Shown: positions 1 to 8,877, counted from the first letter of the stretch. The stretch: DNA of 24,000 nucleotides from Mitsuaria sp. CC2 (GCF_048957715.1 NZ_JARVXN010000014.1:64476-88475); one strand, 5' to 3'. Translations and numbers: made by a program. Notes: generated from the letters alone by a model not told the origin.

Positions 1-486
1 GTCGAAGGTGGTCTTCGCATCGGCGCGCGCGTCGGCGAGCGTCTGCTCCAGCGCCTTCTGCGCCGCCTGCATCTTCGGGATCGAACCCGCCTGATCGCCC
101 TGCTTGATGCCGAGGAACAGCTGCGCGGTGTCCACCGACGCGGCGTAGTAGGCCTCGAAGCCGCTTTCCAGCTTCGCGCCGGCATCGGCGCGGCCGGGGA
201 TCGCCTTGATGGTCGCCATCACCTTGCGCATCGCGGTCGCGCGCTCCGCGGCTTCATCCAGACGCTTCTTCTCGCCCTCGGCGACGGCGGACTGGATCGT
301 CCCACCCAACGCCTCGAGTTGCGCGGCCACCTGGTTGGTGGCCACCAGATACGGATAGTCGGCCTCGCCCAGCGCGTGGATCGCGCCCGAGGTCCTCGAC
401 GAAAAGAACAGCACCACCGCGATGCCCACCGCGAAAACGATCGCGGCCAGCACCGGCAGCATCGCGATACGGGTCTTCAAGTTCAT
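1..486 (-). CDS. Membrane-anchored sensor/signalling protein, N-terminal 162 codons only (gene continues beyond the window start); output domain not visible
   Basis: ATG at 486-484 is preceded by GGAGAC. My translation is MNLKTRIAMLPVLAAIVFAVGIAVVLFFSSRTSGAIHALGEADYPYLVATNQVAAQLEALGG..., open to position 1 in frame. It has one N-terminal TM helix followed by an Ala/Glu/Lys-rich helical region, as in the periplasmic sensor modules of MCPs, GGDEF proteins or kinases. It is absent from the ORF track because it lacks a stop inside the window. Confidence 0.6.
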   Translation of the reverse strand, partial: MNLKTRIAMLPVLAAIVFAVGIAVVLFFSSRTSGAIHALGEADYPYLVATNQVAAQLEALGGTIQSAVAEGEKKRLDEAAERATAMRKVMATIKAIPGRADAGAKLESGFEAYYAASVDTAQLFLGIKQGDQAGSIPKMQAAQKALEQTLADARADAKTTFD

Positions 487-489
487 GCC

Positions 490-516
490 TGTCTCCAATA
501 CATCCTGTGTCTCCAA
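490..516. repeat. Direct repeat TGTCTCCAA x2 (490-498 and 508-516, 18-bp period); on the minus strand this is TTGGAGACA x2, immediately upstream of the sensor start codon
   Basis: Read directly from the sequence. The proximal copy supplies the GGAG Shine-Dalgarno. The distal copy is either a duplicate SD or a half-site for a regulator. Confidence 0.4.
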
Positions 517-532
517 CGACCTCCCCAGGTCG

Positions 533-560
533 GCCCGGACGGCCTGCAGGCCGCCCGGGC
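533..560 (-). terminator. Strong intercistronic stem-loop between the PstS-like gene and the sensor gene (possible attenuator, partial terminator or mRNA-stabilising hairpin)
   Basis: The minus-strand RNA reads GCCCGGGCGGCC-UGCA-GGCCGUCCGGGC, a 12-bp stem with one G-U pair and a 4-nt loop. It begins 8 nt after the stop codon at 568-570. There is no U tract, so intrinsic termination is uncertain. Confidence 0.35.
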
Positions 561-567
561 GGCGGCG

Positions 568-996
568 TCAGTCGACGCTGAGCACCACCTTCACCGAGCC
601 GTCGACGGCCGACTTCTCGATGTAGCCGATGGCATCGGGATTCGCGGCGACGAACTTCTTCACGTCGGCCGCGCTGCCGAGTTCCTTCGGCGGCGTGCCC
701 TTGCCCGAGAACACCAGGCGCGACCAGGCGGCCTTCACCTGCGCGGACGACTTGCCGGTGGCCTTCGAATAGAAGTGCTCGCGCGCCGCGGCGCTGTCGG
801 GCAGATCCACCGCCTGCGCGGCGCTGCCGTTGGGCAGCTGGTTGGACTTGCCCAGGAAGATGCTCGCGACCTGGTCGGCGGTCATGCTGGCGACGGGGCT
901 CTTCGGATTGACCACGACGGCGACCTGCGCCTGCGCGGCCACGGCAGCGGCGAACAGCGCCGCGCCGATCACGGGCTTGATCATGTTGAACTGCAT
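568..996 (-). CDS. Secreted short PstS-like (PBP_like_2 type) periplasmic binding-domain protein, 142 aa, about one lobe of a full phosphate-binding protein
   Basis: Signal peptide MQFNMIKPVIGAALFAAAVAAQA. The body (VAVVVNPKSPVASMTADQVASIFLGK..., AIGYIEKSAV) resembles the PstS/PBP_like_2 family. An AGAGG RBS lies upstream, and the start is 21 nt downstream of the porin stop. Confidence 0.7.
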   Translation of the reverse strand: MQFNMIKPVIGAALFAAAVAAQAQVAVVVNPKSPVASMTADQVASIFLGKSNQLPNGSAAQAVDLPDSAAAREHFYSKATGKSSAQVKAAWSRLVFSGKGTPPKELGSAADVKKFVAANPDAIGYIEKSAVDGSVKVVLSVD

Positions 997-1017
997 GGGG
1001 ACCTCTTTTTCTGATGC

Positions 1018-2226
1018 TTAGAACACGAAGTCGACGGCGACGCTGTAGACGCCGACGCGCTCGTTGTTGAAGCCCGGCTGGACGTTGTAGAACTGGCCGG
1101 CGCCGGTGGTCTTGATGCTGTCGTACTGGGCCTTGATGGCGATGTTTCGCCAGGCGTCCCAGCGCACGCCCAGACCGATGGTCTTCTGCGGCGTGCTCTG
1201 TGCGGCGGTCACCTCGTCCACGACGGCGCGCAGCGGCAGGCCGCCCACCACGACCGTGCCCGGGATCGTGTTGTTGACATTGCTGCTGTCGGTCTTCTGC
1301 TGCGACAGCGTCGCGTAGGGCGTGAACTTGCCGACGCGGTAGCCGACGGTCGTGTACCAGCCGGTGGTGTCCGGCACGAACGAGTCGTTGCGGCGCTTGG
1401 TGTACTCGGCGGCGACAACCCATTGGCCTTCGTCGTAAGTCAGTCCGACACCGGAGAAGCTGGCGTCCTTGTCGGTGGCGTCGATCTCGTTGCCGACCGA
1501 GGCGAACGGCGTCTGGCGCAGCGCGCCGACCAGCGAATTGACGGTGGCGCTGTGCGCGGTCAGCTTGCCCTGCGCGTGACCGACGCGCAGGTTCAGGCCG
1601 TCGGCCAGTTCGACGGTGGCGTTGATGCCGACCATCTTCTTGATCTCGAGCTTGGTCTGGCGCACGTACGACGAGGCTTCGCCGCCGAAGGCCTGCAGCG
1701 AGACGCTCTTGCCGGCGACCTGCGTCGTCCAGTTCACGTCGGCGCCGTCGAAGTGGCTCACCGGCACCTGGCCGTAGACGTCGATGGGCGGGCGCAGCCA
1801 GGTGTTGGCATAACCGACGTCACGGAAGTCGGACACCGCGAAGAACGGCGCGCCGATGCGGCCGGCGCGGATCGCCAGACCCGGCGTGGCCTGCCACTTG
1901 GCGAAAGCCCATTCGACCTGCGGCGTCCAGTCGCCCTTGCCGGTCTGCTTGGTCAGGACCTGGACCGTCGCGGAGAACCGCGAGTTGAATTTCGCCGTGC
2001 CCTGCAGGCCCAGCTTGCTGTCGACCTCGCCGCTGATCGTCTTGTCGGCGCCGTGGACCTGGCCCGGGATGACGTACTCGGCGCCGTCCTTGGTCGCGCC
2101 GGTGAGACCGACGGTGCCGAAGCCCGAGAAAGAGAACATCGAGTCCGATTGGCCCTGCGCCTGCGCGCCGAAAACCACCAGCGCCAGCGCCAAGGGCGTC
2201 ATGCGCAAGTTCTTCACCACCATCAT
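1018..2226 (-). CDS. Gram-negative general porin (OmpC/Omp32-like, Porin_4 type), 402 aa
   Basis: Signal peptide ending AQAQG. The sequence has an alternating beta-strand pattern rich in Gly/Tyr/Thr and the C-terminal ...VAVDFVF with terminal Phe typical of OM beta-barrels. An AGGAG RBS lies upstream. Confidence 0.85.
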   Translation of the reverse strand: MMVVKNLRMTPLALALVVFGAQAQGQSDSMFSFSGFGTVGLTGATKDGAEYVIPGQVHGADKTISGEVDSKLGLQGTAKFNSRFSATVQVLTKQTGKGDWTPQVEWAFAKWQATPGLAIRAGRIGAPFFAVSDFRDVGYANTWLRPPIDVYGQVPVSHFDGADVNWTTQVAGKSVSLQAFGGEASSYVRQTKLEIKKMVGINATVELADGLNLRVGHAQGKLTAHSATVNSLVGALRQTPFASVGNEIDATDKDASFSGVGLTYDEGQWVVAAEYTKRRNDSFVPDTTGWYTTVGYRVGKFTPYATLSQQKTDSSNVNNTIPGTVVVGGLPLRAVVDEVTAAQSTPQKTIGLGVRWDAWRNIAIKAQYDSIKTTGAGQFYNVQPGFNNERVGVYSVAVDFVF

Positions 2227-2434
2227 TGCAAGTACTCCTCTACAGCGTGAATGCCCAACGCGGGCATGTTCTTTTTGCGAACCAAACTGGGGCGCGGGTG
2301 CGCCTTTCGCCCGGTACGAAAGCAGTTGTCGGCCCTTCGGAAGCCGGCTTGAGCGAACCGCCCTGGAGGGCTGCCTCTAGAATCCGCCGGGCCTGCCGGA
2401 AACCGGCCAAACCTCACGAACCCACCCAAGACCC

Positions 2435-3178
2435 ATGTACAAGCTCGTGCTGATTCGCCATGGCGAATCGACCTGGAATCTCGAGAACCGCTTCACCGGC
2501 TGGACCGACGTGGATCTGACGCCCACCGGGGTGGAGCAGGCCAAGCAGGCGGGCCGTCTGCTGAAGGAAGCCGGCGTCGATTTCGACGTGGCCCACACTT
2601 CCGTGCTCAAGCGCGCCATCTGGACCCTGTGGCACTGCCTGGATCAGATGGATCGCCAATGGCTGCCGGTGAAGCACAGCTGGCGCCTGAACGAACGCCA
2701 CTACGGCGGCCTTCAGGGTCTGAACAAGGCGGACATGGCCAAGCAGTACGGCGACGAGCAGGTGCTCGTCTGGCGCCGGAGCTATGACACCCCGCCGCCG
2801 GCGCTGGAAGCGTCGGACCCGCGCAGCGAGCGCGGCGACATCCGCTATGCCGGACTGCAGCCCTCGGACGTGCCGCTGACCGAGTGCCTGAAGGACACCG
2901 TGGCCCGCGTGCTGCCCTACTGGAACGAACAGATCGCACCCGCGATTCTGTCGGGCCAGCGCGTGCTGATCGCCGCGCACGGCAACTCGATCCGCGCCCT
3001 CGTGAAGTATTTGGACGGCATCGCCGACGAAGCCATCGTTGGCGTGAATATTCCCAACGGAATCCCGCTGGTCTACGAACTGGACAAGGACCTGAAGCCC
3101 ATCAGGAGCTATTACCTGGGCGACGCCGAAGCCGCCGCGAAGGCGGCCGCGGCCGTGGCGAACCAGGGCAAGGCGTAA
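2435..3178 (+). CDS. gpmA: 2,3-bisphosphoglycerate-dependent phosphoglycerate mutase
   Basis: [29 protein letters not shown] carries the RHGES catalytic motif. [11 protein letters not shown] and [10 protein letters not shown] are also present. The length of 247 aa is typical. Confidence 0.95.
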   Translation: MYKLVLIRHGESTWNLENRFTGWTDVDLTPTGVEQAKQAGRLLKEAGVDFDVAHTSVLKRAIWTLWHCLDQMDRQWLPVKHSWRLNERHYGGLQGLNKADMAKQYGDEQVLVWRRSYDTPPPALEASDPRSERGDIRYAGLQPSDVPLTECLKDTVARVLPYWNEQIAPAILSGQRVLIAAHGNSIRALVKYLDGIADEAIVGVNIPNGIPLVYELDKDLKPIRSYYLGDAEAAAKAAAAVANQGKA

Positions 3179-3186
3179 GGTCGGGC

Positions 3187-3206
3187 AGCGCCGCGGGAGC
3201 GGCGCT
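3187..3206. terminator. Candidate bidirectional terminator hairpin between convergent gpmA and the PRPP-synthetase-family gene
   Basis: AGCGCCGC-GGGA-GCGGCGCT forms a perfect 8-bp GC-rich stem with a tetraloop. It fills the 28-bp convergent gap and abuts the minus-gene stop at 3207. No clear U tract. Confidence 0.45.
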
Positions 3207-4079
3207 CTACTTCCGCCGCAGCGCCGTCGCCAGCAGTTCGGCAACGCAGACCGCGTTGCTCTCGTGCGGCACGGCGTTGCTGCTCCAGACGTGACGGACG
3301 CCGGCCGCCCGCAGCGCCGGCAACGCATCGCCGTTGAACAGCGCATGCGTGACCGCGACATCCACGCTGGCCGCGCCGCGCTCCAGCGCCTCGCGCGCCG
3401 ATCCGATCAAGGTGCGGCCCGTCGACGCCATGTCGTCGAGCAGCACCACGGCCCGACCGCGCACCTCCAGGTCCGGGAACGCCAGCTGCACCTGGGTGTC
3501 GCCGAAGCGCACCTTCCGGCCGACCGCGAATTCAAGTTTCGCGGCACGCGCCGCCTCCGCGACCCACTGGCCGGATTCTTCGTCCGGACCGACCAGCACC
3601 GCCCCCGGCTCCTGCACGGCGATGAAGCGCCCCAGCAGGGCCGCGGCCGACAGCGCCACGCCCTTCCCCTTGGGCATCACCTCGTCGAGACTCGCAATGC
3701 GGTGCAGGTGCGGATCCACCGTGACGACACGGTCGAACTGCGTCGACAGCAAGGTTGAGATGTGCCTCTGGCTGACCGCCTCACCCGGCGTGAACTCCAT
3801 GTCCTGCCGCATGTAGGCCAGGTACGGCGCCACCAGCATCAGGTGCCGGACGCCCCAGCTGCGCGCCGCAGGCGCCGCGATCAGGAGCTCGACCAGTCGA
3901 TCGTTCGGTTGATGCTGCAATCCACGCAGCACAATGATGTCGACCGGCAACGGCTTGGGAAGGATCAGCCGCAGTTCCCCATCCGGAAATCGATGGCGCG
4001 TGATCACACCCAGCGGCCGACCCAGCTCACGCGCCAGACGCGTGGCCAACTCCTGTTCATCTTCGAAACAAAGCAGCAT
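3207..4079 (-). CDS. Ribose-phosphate pyrophosphokinase (PRPP synthetase) family protein, 290 aa
   Basis: FPDGELRL, APYLAYMRQD, VVTVDPHLH and the PRPP loop VVLLDDMASTGRTL match the Prs family layout. I place the start at the internal ATG at 4079 (MLLCFEDEQ...), which has GAGGA 7 nt upstream. The 42-codon upstream extension in the ORF track is Arg/Pro/Gly-rich and unlikely to be coding. Confidence 0.8.
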   Translation of the reverse strand: MLLCFEDEQELATRLARELGRPLGVITRHRFPDGELRLILPKPLPVDIIVLRGLQHQPNDRLVELLIAAPAARSWGVRHLMLVAPYLAYMRQDMEFTPGEAVSQRHISTLLSTQFDRVVTVDPHLHRIASLDEVMPKGKGVALSAAALLGRFIAVQEPGAVLVGPDEESGQWVAEAARAAKLEFAVGRKVRFGDTQVQLAFPDLEVRGRAVVLLDDMASTGRTLIGSAREALERGAASVDVAVTHALFNGDALPALRAAGVRHVWSSNAVPHESNAVCVAELLATALRRK

Positions 4080-4264
4080 CGCCGGATCCTCGCACCAATC
4101 GGGACCCGGAGGGCATCCGGCATACCCGGGCTGGGCGAACTGAGCCCGGCGGTTGGGGGATGACCGCCTACCTGCCAGCAACGGCGCGCTTGGCCGCCAA
4201 GTCATGAGGCCCCCGCGGCAAGCGCGGAAACCTCACGACTTGCCGTCCCCGAACGACCCAGGAC

Positions 4265-5002
4265 TCAGGGCCTTGGGAGTGCGTTGTCGATTCGGTCCGA
4301 AAGAGCCCCCGCCAGGTGGCGGCGATCAAGACCCTCGGTGGGCATCGCGGGCAGCGATCGCACTTCGACCGCCAGGTCCTTGGCGGTCAGGATGCGCCAG
4401 AGACTTTCCATCAACGACATCTGACCGATGTACTGCGCCGCATCGCTGTACGGCACGCCGGGCTGATGCCAGCGCAGCACCACGGGCTGCAGCGGCGTGT
4501 GCGTGCTGATCGCCGCCTGCAAGAGATTGCCGTGCAAAGGCAGCAACGGGTAACCCGCACCTGTCGTACCTTCGGGGAAGACCGCCACCGTCTCGCCAGC
4601 AGCCAGCGCCTCGGCCGTCTTGTGCACGACACGCAGCGCATCGCGCTTGTTGGCTCGCTCAATGTAGAGCGTGCCGACCGCCGTCGCCAGTGCGCCCACC
4701 AGCGGCCAGGTCGCAATGTCAGCCTTGGAGACGAAGCGCGCTTCAGGCATCACCGCATGAATCGCTGCGATGTCCAGCCAGGAAATGTGGTTCGCCGTGA
4801 TCAGCCGCGGCGACGGAGCCTGCGGCCCGGGCGATTCGAGTCGCACACCCAGCACGCGCAGCAGCTTGGCCGACCACCAGCCCACATAGCGCTGCTTGGC
4901 CGGCGTCTCCAGACGACGCCAGCGAAACTGGACGAGGTACACCCCGTGCCCGATGTGCGCGAGCATCCGCAGCGCACGCCACGCCCCGACCAGGGCACGC
5001 AT
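4265..5002 (-). CDS. plsC: 1-acyl-sn-glycerol-3-phosphate acyltransferase family (PlsC-like), 245 aa
   Basis: It carries the acyltransferase motifs NHISWLD (H-X4-D) and FPEGTT. The start ATG at 5002-5000 forms an ATGA overlap with the stop of the upstream dihydroorotase-like gene. The rest of the 512-aa track ORF is out-of-frame overlap with that gene. Confidence 0.85.
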   Translation of the reverse strand: MRALVGAWRALRMLAHIGHGVYLVQFRWRRLETPAKQRYVGWWSAKLLRVLGVRLESPGPQAPSPRLITANHISWLDIAAIHAVMPEARFVSKADIATWPLVGALATAVGTLYIERANKRDALRVVHKTAEALAAGETVAVFPEGTTGAGYPLLPLHGNLLQAAISTHTPLQPVVLRWHQPGVPYSDAAQYIGQMSLMESLWRILTAKDLAVEVRSLPAMPTEGLDRRHLAGALSDRIDNALPRP

Positions 5003-6330
5003 CAGACGGTCCGCTCGGCTTCGGTGACCAGCGATTCGTAGGCGACCGTGCCGGCCACCAGCGTGTAGCGCACCCGGCCCGGCAATTCGAAGCCGGTGAT
5101 GTCGAACGCGAACGGCGTGTGCTTGCCCTGGCTGACGAGACGCTCCGGTGTCACCGCGCCGCTGGCCTCGGCATCGAAGACGACGACGTCGCCGACGCCG
5201 CCTTCGACCAGCCGGCCCGCGCTCGCCGCCAGCGAGCCGAGCGCGCTGCCCAGCACCTTCACCGGACGCGCGGTGATGGTGTCGAGCGCCCGCGCGAGCG
5301 GCAGCCCTTCGTCCTGGCCCCACCGCAGCGCGAGGCTCAGCAGCAGCTCCAGCCCGGTCGCGCCGGGCGTCGCCTCGGCGAAAGGCAAGGTCTTCTCGTC
5401 GGCGGCGACGGGGTTGTGGTCGCTGACGAGCGCATCGATGGTGCCGTCGGCCAGCGCGGCGCGCAGCGCGGCGCGGTCGCGCTGCTGGCGCAACGGCGGC
5501 TGCAGGCGCATGGACGAGTTGAAGTAGCCGATGTCGACGTCGCTGAGGTGCAGCGAGTTGATCGAGACGTCGGCCGTGATCGGCAGGCCGTCCTTCTTGG
5601 CCTGGCGCACGAGTTCGACGCCGGCGGCGCTGCTCAGGCGGCAGAGGTGGACGCGGCAGCCGGTGACGCGCACCAGTTCCAGGATCGTGTGCAGCGCGAT
5701 GGTCTCGGCGGCGACCGGCTCGCCTGACAGACCCAGCCGCGTCGCCACGGGGCCGCTGGCCGCGACGCCGCCACTCAGCCAGGGATCCTGCGCATGCAGC
5801 CACAGCGTATAGCCGAAGCTGGCCGCGTACTGCATCGCACGCTGCACGGTCAGGGTGTTGCGGATGGGCACGTAGGCCTGCGAGAAGCCGACGCAGCCGG
5901 ACTCGGTCAGCTCGGCCATTTCGGTCAGGGATTCGCCGGCGAGGCCGCGCGTCAGCGCGCCCAGCGGGAATAGCCGGCAGCGGCTGAGCTTGCGGGCGCG
6001 GAACTTGAGCATGTCGACGAGGCCGGGCTCGTCGAGCGTGGGATCGGTGTCGGGCGGGCAGACGAGGCTGGTGACGCCGCCGGCGGCGGCGGCGGCGAGC
6101 TCGCTCTCCAGCATGCCTTCGTGCTCGTGGCCCGGCTCGCGCAGACGCGCGGCGAGGTCGACGAGACCCGGTGCGACCACGAGGCCAGTGGCATCGATGA
6201 CGCGATCGGCGTTGAAGTCGCCGACGCCGCCGAGACCGACGATGCGGCCCGAGGCGATGGCGAGGTCGCCGACCTGGTCGAGGCCCGAGGCGGGATCGAG
6301 CAGCCGACCGTTCTGGATGAGGATCTTCAT
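5002..6330 (-). CDS. pyrC: Dihydroorotase-like protein, probably the non-catalytic PyrC-prime partner of aspartate carbamoyltransferase, 442 aa
   Basis: It has an amidohydrolase/DHOase-like fold signature ([13 protein letters not shown]...[15 protein letters not shown]...). The position of the canonical D-x-H-x-H metal motif reads DLAAR. An ATGA overlap joins it to pyrB upstream. Confidence 0.85.
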   Translation of the reverse strand: MKILIQNGRLLDPASGLDQVGDLAIASGRIVGLGGVGDFNADRVIDATGLVVAPGLVDLAARLREPGHEHEGMLESELAAAAAGGVTSLVCPPDTDPTLDEPGLVDMLKFRARKLSRCRLFPLGALTRGLAGESLTEMAELTESGCVGFSQAYVPIRNTLTVQRAMQYAASFGYTLWLHAQDPWLSGGVAASGPVATRLGLSGEPVAAETIALHTILELVRVTGCRVHLCRLSSAAGVELVRQAKKDGLPITADVSINSLHLSDVDIGYFNSSMRLQPPLRQQRDRAALRAALADGTIDALVSDHNPVAADEKTLPFAEATPGATGLELLLSLALRWGQDEGLPLARALDTITARPVKVLGSALGSLAASAGRLVEGGVGDVVVFDAEASGAVTPERLVSQGKHTPFAFDITGFELPGRVRYTLVAGTVAYESLVTEAERTV

Positions 6331-7289
6331 GCTTCGTTCCCCGCGAGGATGGACATGACAGCCATGCGCACCGCGATGCCGAAGGTGACCTGCGGCAGGA
6401 TGACGCTGTGCTGTCCGTCGGCGACGGTGGACGAAATCTCCACGCCGCGGTTGATCGGGCCCGGATGCATCACGATCGCATCGGGCTTGGCCAGCGCCAG
6501 CTTCTCAGGCGTGAGGCCGAAACTCTTGAAGTACTCGCCGGTGCTCGGCAGCATCGCGCCGCTCATGCGCTCGTTCTGCAGGCGCAGCATGATGATGACG
6601 TCGGCATCCTTCACGCCCTCGGCCATGTCGTGACACACGCGCACGCCCATGTCCTTGAGGTCGCCGGGCACCAGCGTCTTGGGTCCCACCGCGCGGATCT
6701 CCGGGACGCCCAGCGTCGTGAGCGCGTGGATGTCGCTGCGCGCGACGCGCGAGTGCACGATGTCGCCGACGATCGCCACGGTGAGGTTGGTGAAGTCCTT
6801 CTTGTAGTGGCGGATCGTGTACATGTCGAGCAGGCCCTGCGTCGGATGCGCGTGGCGGCCGTCGCCGGCGTTGACCACATGGACATGCGGCGCGCAGTGC
6901 TGCGCGATCAGGTAGGGCGCGCCCGATTCGCTGTGGCGCACGACGAACATGTCCGCGTGCATCGCCGACAGGTTGGCCACGGTGTCCAGCAGGGTCTCGC
7001 CCTTGGCCGCGCTGGAGCGCGCGATGTCCAGGTTGATGACGTCGGCGGAGAGACGCTTGGCGGCGATCTCGAAGGTGGTGCGGGTGCGGGTGCTGTTCTC
7101 GAAGAACAGGTTGAACACCGACTTGCCGCGCAGCAGCGGCACCTTCTTGACCTCGCGGTCGTTGACCGAGAGGAAGGTCCCGGCCGTGTCCAGGATCTGA
7201 TGCAGCACGGCCTTGGGCAGGCCTTCGGTGGACAGCAGGTGGATCAGTTCGCCATGCTTGTTCAGCTGCGGGTTGCGTTTGCTCAGCAT
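6327..7289 (-). CDS. pyrB: Aspartate carbamoyltransferase catalytic chain
   Basis: [13 protein letters not shown] (STRTR), [10 protein letters not shown] (HPTQ) and [10 protein letters not shown] (HPGP) are present. The protein is 320 aa, and an AAGGAGGA RBS lies inside the end of pyrR. Confidence 0.95.
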   Translation of the reverse strand: MLSKRNPQLNKHGELIHLLSTEGLPKAVLHQILDTAGTFLSVNDREVKKVPLLRGKSVFNLFFENSTRTRTTFEIAAKRLSADVINLDIARSSAAKGETLLDTVANLSAMHADMFVVRHSESGAPYLIAQHCAPHVHVVNAGDGRHAHPTQGLLDMYTIRHYKKDFTNLTVAIVGDIVHSRVARSDIHALTTLGVPEIRAVGPKTLVPGDLKDMGVRVCHDMAEGVKDADVIIMLRLQNERMSGAMLPSTGEYFKSFGLTPEKLALAKPDAIVMHPGPINRGVEISSTVADGQHSVILPQVTFGIAVRMAVMSILAGNEA

Positions 7290-7293
7290 GGGA

Positions 7294-7794
7294 TCAGTCC
7301 TCCTTCACGTCGAAGCTGAATCGGCCTTCGTCACCCTTCACCAGGCTGAGGCGCTGGTTCGGCGCGACGGCGACGCGCGCGGCGGAGAACGCGGGCTCGA
7401 TCGGCAGTTCGCGGCCGCCGCGGTCGACCAGCACCGCCAGGGTGACGCTGGCGGGGCGGCCAAAGTCGAACAGTTCATTGATCACGGCTCGCGTCGTGCG
7501 TCCGGTGTAGAGCACGTCGTCGATCAGGAGGACGTGGCGACCCTCGATGTCGAAGGGTAGCTTGGTGTGGTCGGCGCTCGCGTTCATGCCTTTGCTGCCG
7601 AAGTCGTCGCGATGCAGCGCGCTGGAGATGACGCCGTGCTGGCCGGCCAGCTTCAGGTCCTGCTGGAGACGCTCCGCCAGCCAGGCGCCGCCCGACCAGA
7701 TGCCGACCAGCGCGCTGTCGGGTTGCAGCAGGCGCTGGACGCCGCGCACGAGGTCGGCGTAGAGCGCTTCCGCATCGAGGTGCAATGTGCTCAT
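7294..7794 (-). CDS. pyrR: PyrR: pyrimidine operon regulatory protein / uracil phosphoribosyltransferase
   Basis: It has the PRPP-binding loop [16 protein letters not shown], is 166 aa long and sits immediately upstream of pyrB. An ATGA overlap joins it to ruvX. Confidence 0.9.
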   Translation of the reverse strand: MSTLHLDAEALYADLVRGVQRLLQPDSALVGIWSGGAWLAERLQQDLKLAGQHGVISSALHRDDFGSKGMNASADHTKLPFDIEGRHVLLIDDVLYTGRTTRAVINELFDFGRPASVTLAVLVDRGGRELPIEPAFSAARVAVAPNQRLSLVKGDEGRFSFDVKED

Positions 7795-8207
7795 GGGTGT
7801 TCCCGGAAGAATTGTTCGAGGATCAATGCCGCGCTCGCGGCATCGAGGTCGCGCGCGCCCTGCGACTGGGCTTCCACGCTGGTGTAGCGTTCATCGACTT
7901 CGACCACCGGCAGCCGGTAGCGGCCACGCAGTTGCCCGGCGAACTTGAGCGCGCGGGCCGTCATCTCGTGAGGCGCGCCGTCCGGATGGCGCGGGACGCC
8001 GATGACCAGCGCATCGGGCTCCCACGCCTGGATCAGCGCGGTGATCGCCGCCCAGCGGGCATCGCCCTGTTCGGTGATGGTCCGGAGCCCGCGCGCGCTC
8101 CCCAGCATCCGGTTGCCGGTCGCCACGCCGAGGCGCTTGGTACCGAAATCAAAACCGAGCGGGGAAACGTAGGCAGCGGGGGAAGAAGCGGAAGAGACAG
8201 TGCTCAT
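7791..8207 (-). CDS. ruvX: Putative pre-16S rRNA nuclease / Holliday junction resolvase-like protein YqgF (RuvX)
   Basis: LGFDFGTKRLGVATGN is the YqgF N-terminal motif. I chose the start at ATG 8207 (MSTVSS...) because GGAGG lies 4 nt upstream. ATG 8222 is an alternative. The longer track ORF, reaching 8354, overlaps yqgE and is Arg/Pro-rich. Confidence 0.85.
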   Translation of the reverse strand: MSTVSSASSPAAYVSPLGFDFGTKRLGVATGNRMLGSARGLRTITEQGDARWAAITALIQAWEPDALVIGVPRHPDGAPHEMTARALKFAGQLRGRYRLPVVEVDERYTSVEAQSQGARDLDAASAALILEQFFREHP

Positions 8208-8298
8208 GACGCCTCCGGTCATGCCCGGCGCCGGGCCGCCCCTAGGCGGGCAGCGCCCCTTGGGGGCAGGAGCGCAGCGACGGGGCGGCTCACCGTCA

Positions 8299-8877
8299 TC
8301 ATGCGTGCCCGGCCTCCTGGCTGAGCATGCGCGGGTCGATACCGAGCAAGGCAAGCGCCTTGTCGTAGCGCTCCTCGATCGGCGTGTCGAAGATGATCTC
8401 GGGTTTGGCGTCGACGGTGATCCAGCCGTTGCGGCCGAGCTCCTCCTCCAACTGGCCCGCGGCCCAGCCGCTGTAGCCCAGCGTGATCAGCACGCGCTTG
8501 GGACCGGCGCCGTTGGACAGCGCCTCCAGCACGTCGCGGCTGGTCGTCATCTCCAGCCCGCCGGGCACCGCCAGCGTCGCGCTGTAGTGGTTGCCCTGCT
8601 CGTCCAGCGCCTCGTGCAGCACGAAGCCGCGTTCGGTCTGCACCGGCCCGCCGAAGAACACCGGCCGCGCGGCCATGTCCAGGTCGGACAACTCGAGCTC
8701 GACCTTCTCGAACAGGTTGCCCAGGGTCAGCGAGATCGGCTTGTTGATGACCAGGCCCAGCGCGCCCTTTTCGTTGTGCTCGCACAGGTAGATGACGGAG
8801 CCGGCAAAGGTCTCGTCCACCATGCCCGGCATGGCGATCAGGAACTGGTTGGTCAGGTCGATGCGTTCCTTGGACAT
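8299..8877 (-). CDS. yqgE: YqgE/AlgH family protein (UPF0301)
   Basis: MSKERIDLTNQFLIAMPGMVDETFAGSVIYLCEHNEKGALGLVINKP is the characteristic AlgH/YqgE N-terminus. The protein is 192 aa and sits in the conserved position upstream of ruvX. Confidence 0.9.
   Translation of the reverse strand: MSKERIDLTNQFLIAMPGMVDETFAGSVIYLCEHNEKGALGLVINKPISLTLGNLFEKVELELSDLDMAARPVFFGGPVQTERGFVLHEALDEQGNHYSATLAVPGGLEMTTSRDVLEALSNGAGPKRVLITLGYSGWAAGQLEEELGRNGWITVDAKPEIIFDTPIEERYDKALALLGIDPRMLSQEAGHA

Noticed and set aside
254-1423. 389-aa minus-strand ORF, and the 231-aa plus-strand ORF at 319-1014.
   Set aside because: They overlap three better-supported genes in other frames: the sensor N-terminus, the PstS-like protein and the porin. 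Their Arg-rich nonsense composition argues against coding.
2227-2434. Pho-box (PhoB) sites or a small RNA in the divergent porin/gpmA intergenic region. I noted the palindrome ATGCCC-AACGC-GGGCAT near 2262-2278 and the terminator-like GGCGC-GGGT-GCGCC-TTTC near 2291-2308.
   Set aside because: No CTGTCAT-type tandem repeats with 11-bp phasing were found. The hairpins are short and have no upstream plus-strand gene to terminate. They may be operator or UTR structures but cannot be assigned from sequence alone.
4080-4205. Upstream extensions of real genes in the ORF track: 4080-4205 (prs-like), 8208-8354 (ruvX), 15732-15869 (REC-GGDEF-like) and 16526-16729 (NarL-type regulator).
   Set aside because: In each case an internal ATG with a GGAG/GAGGA-type SD coincides with the start of family homology. 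The extension has non-protein-like composition or overlaps the neighbouring gene.
5003-5803. N-terminal 267-codon extension of the PlsC-like ORF (track ORF 4265-5803).
   Set aside because: The extension lies entirely inside the dihydroorotase-like gene in another frame and is Arg/Ala/Pro-rich. The acyltransferase homology begins at the ATG at 5002, which forms an ATGA junction with the upstream stop.
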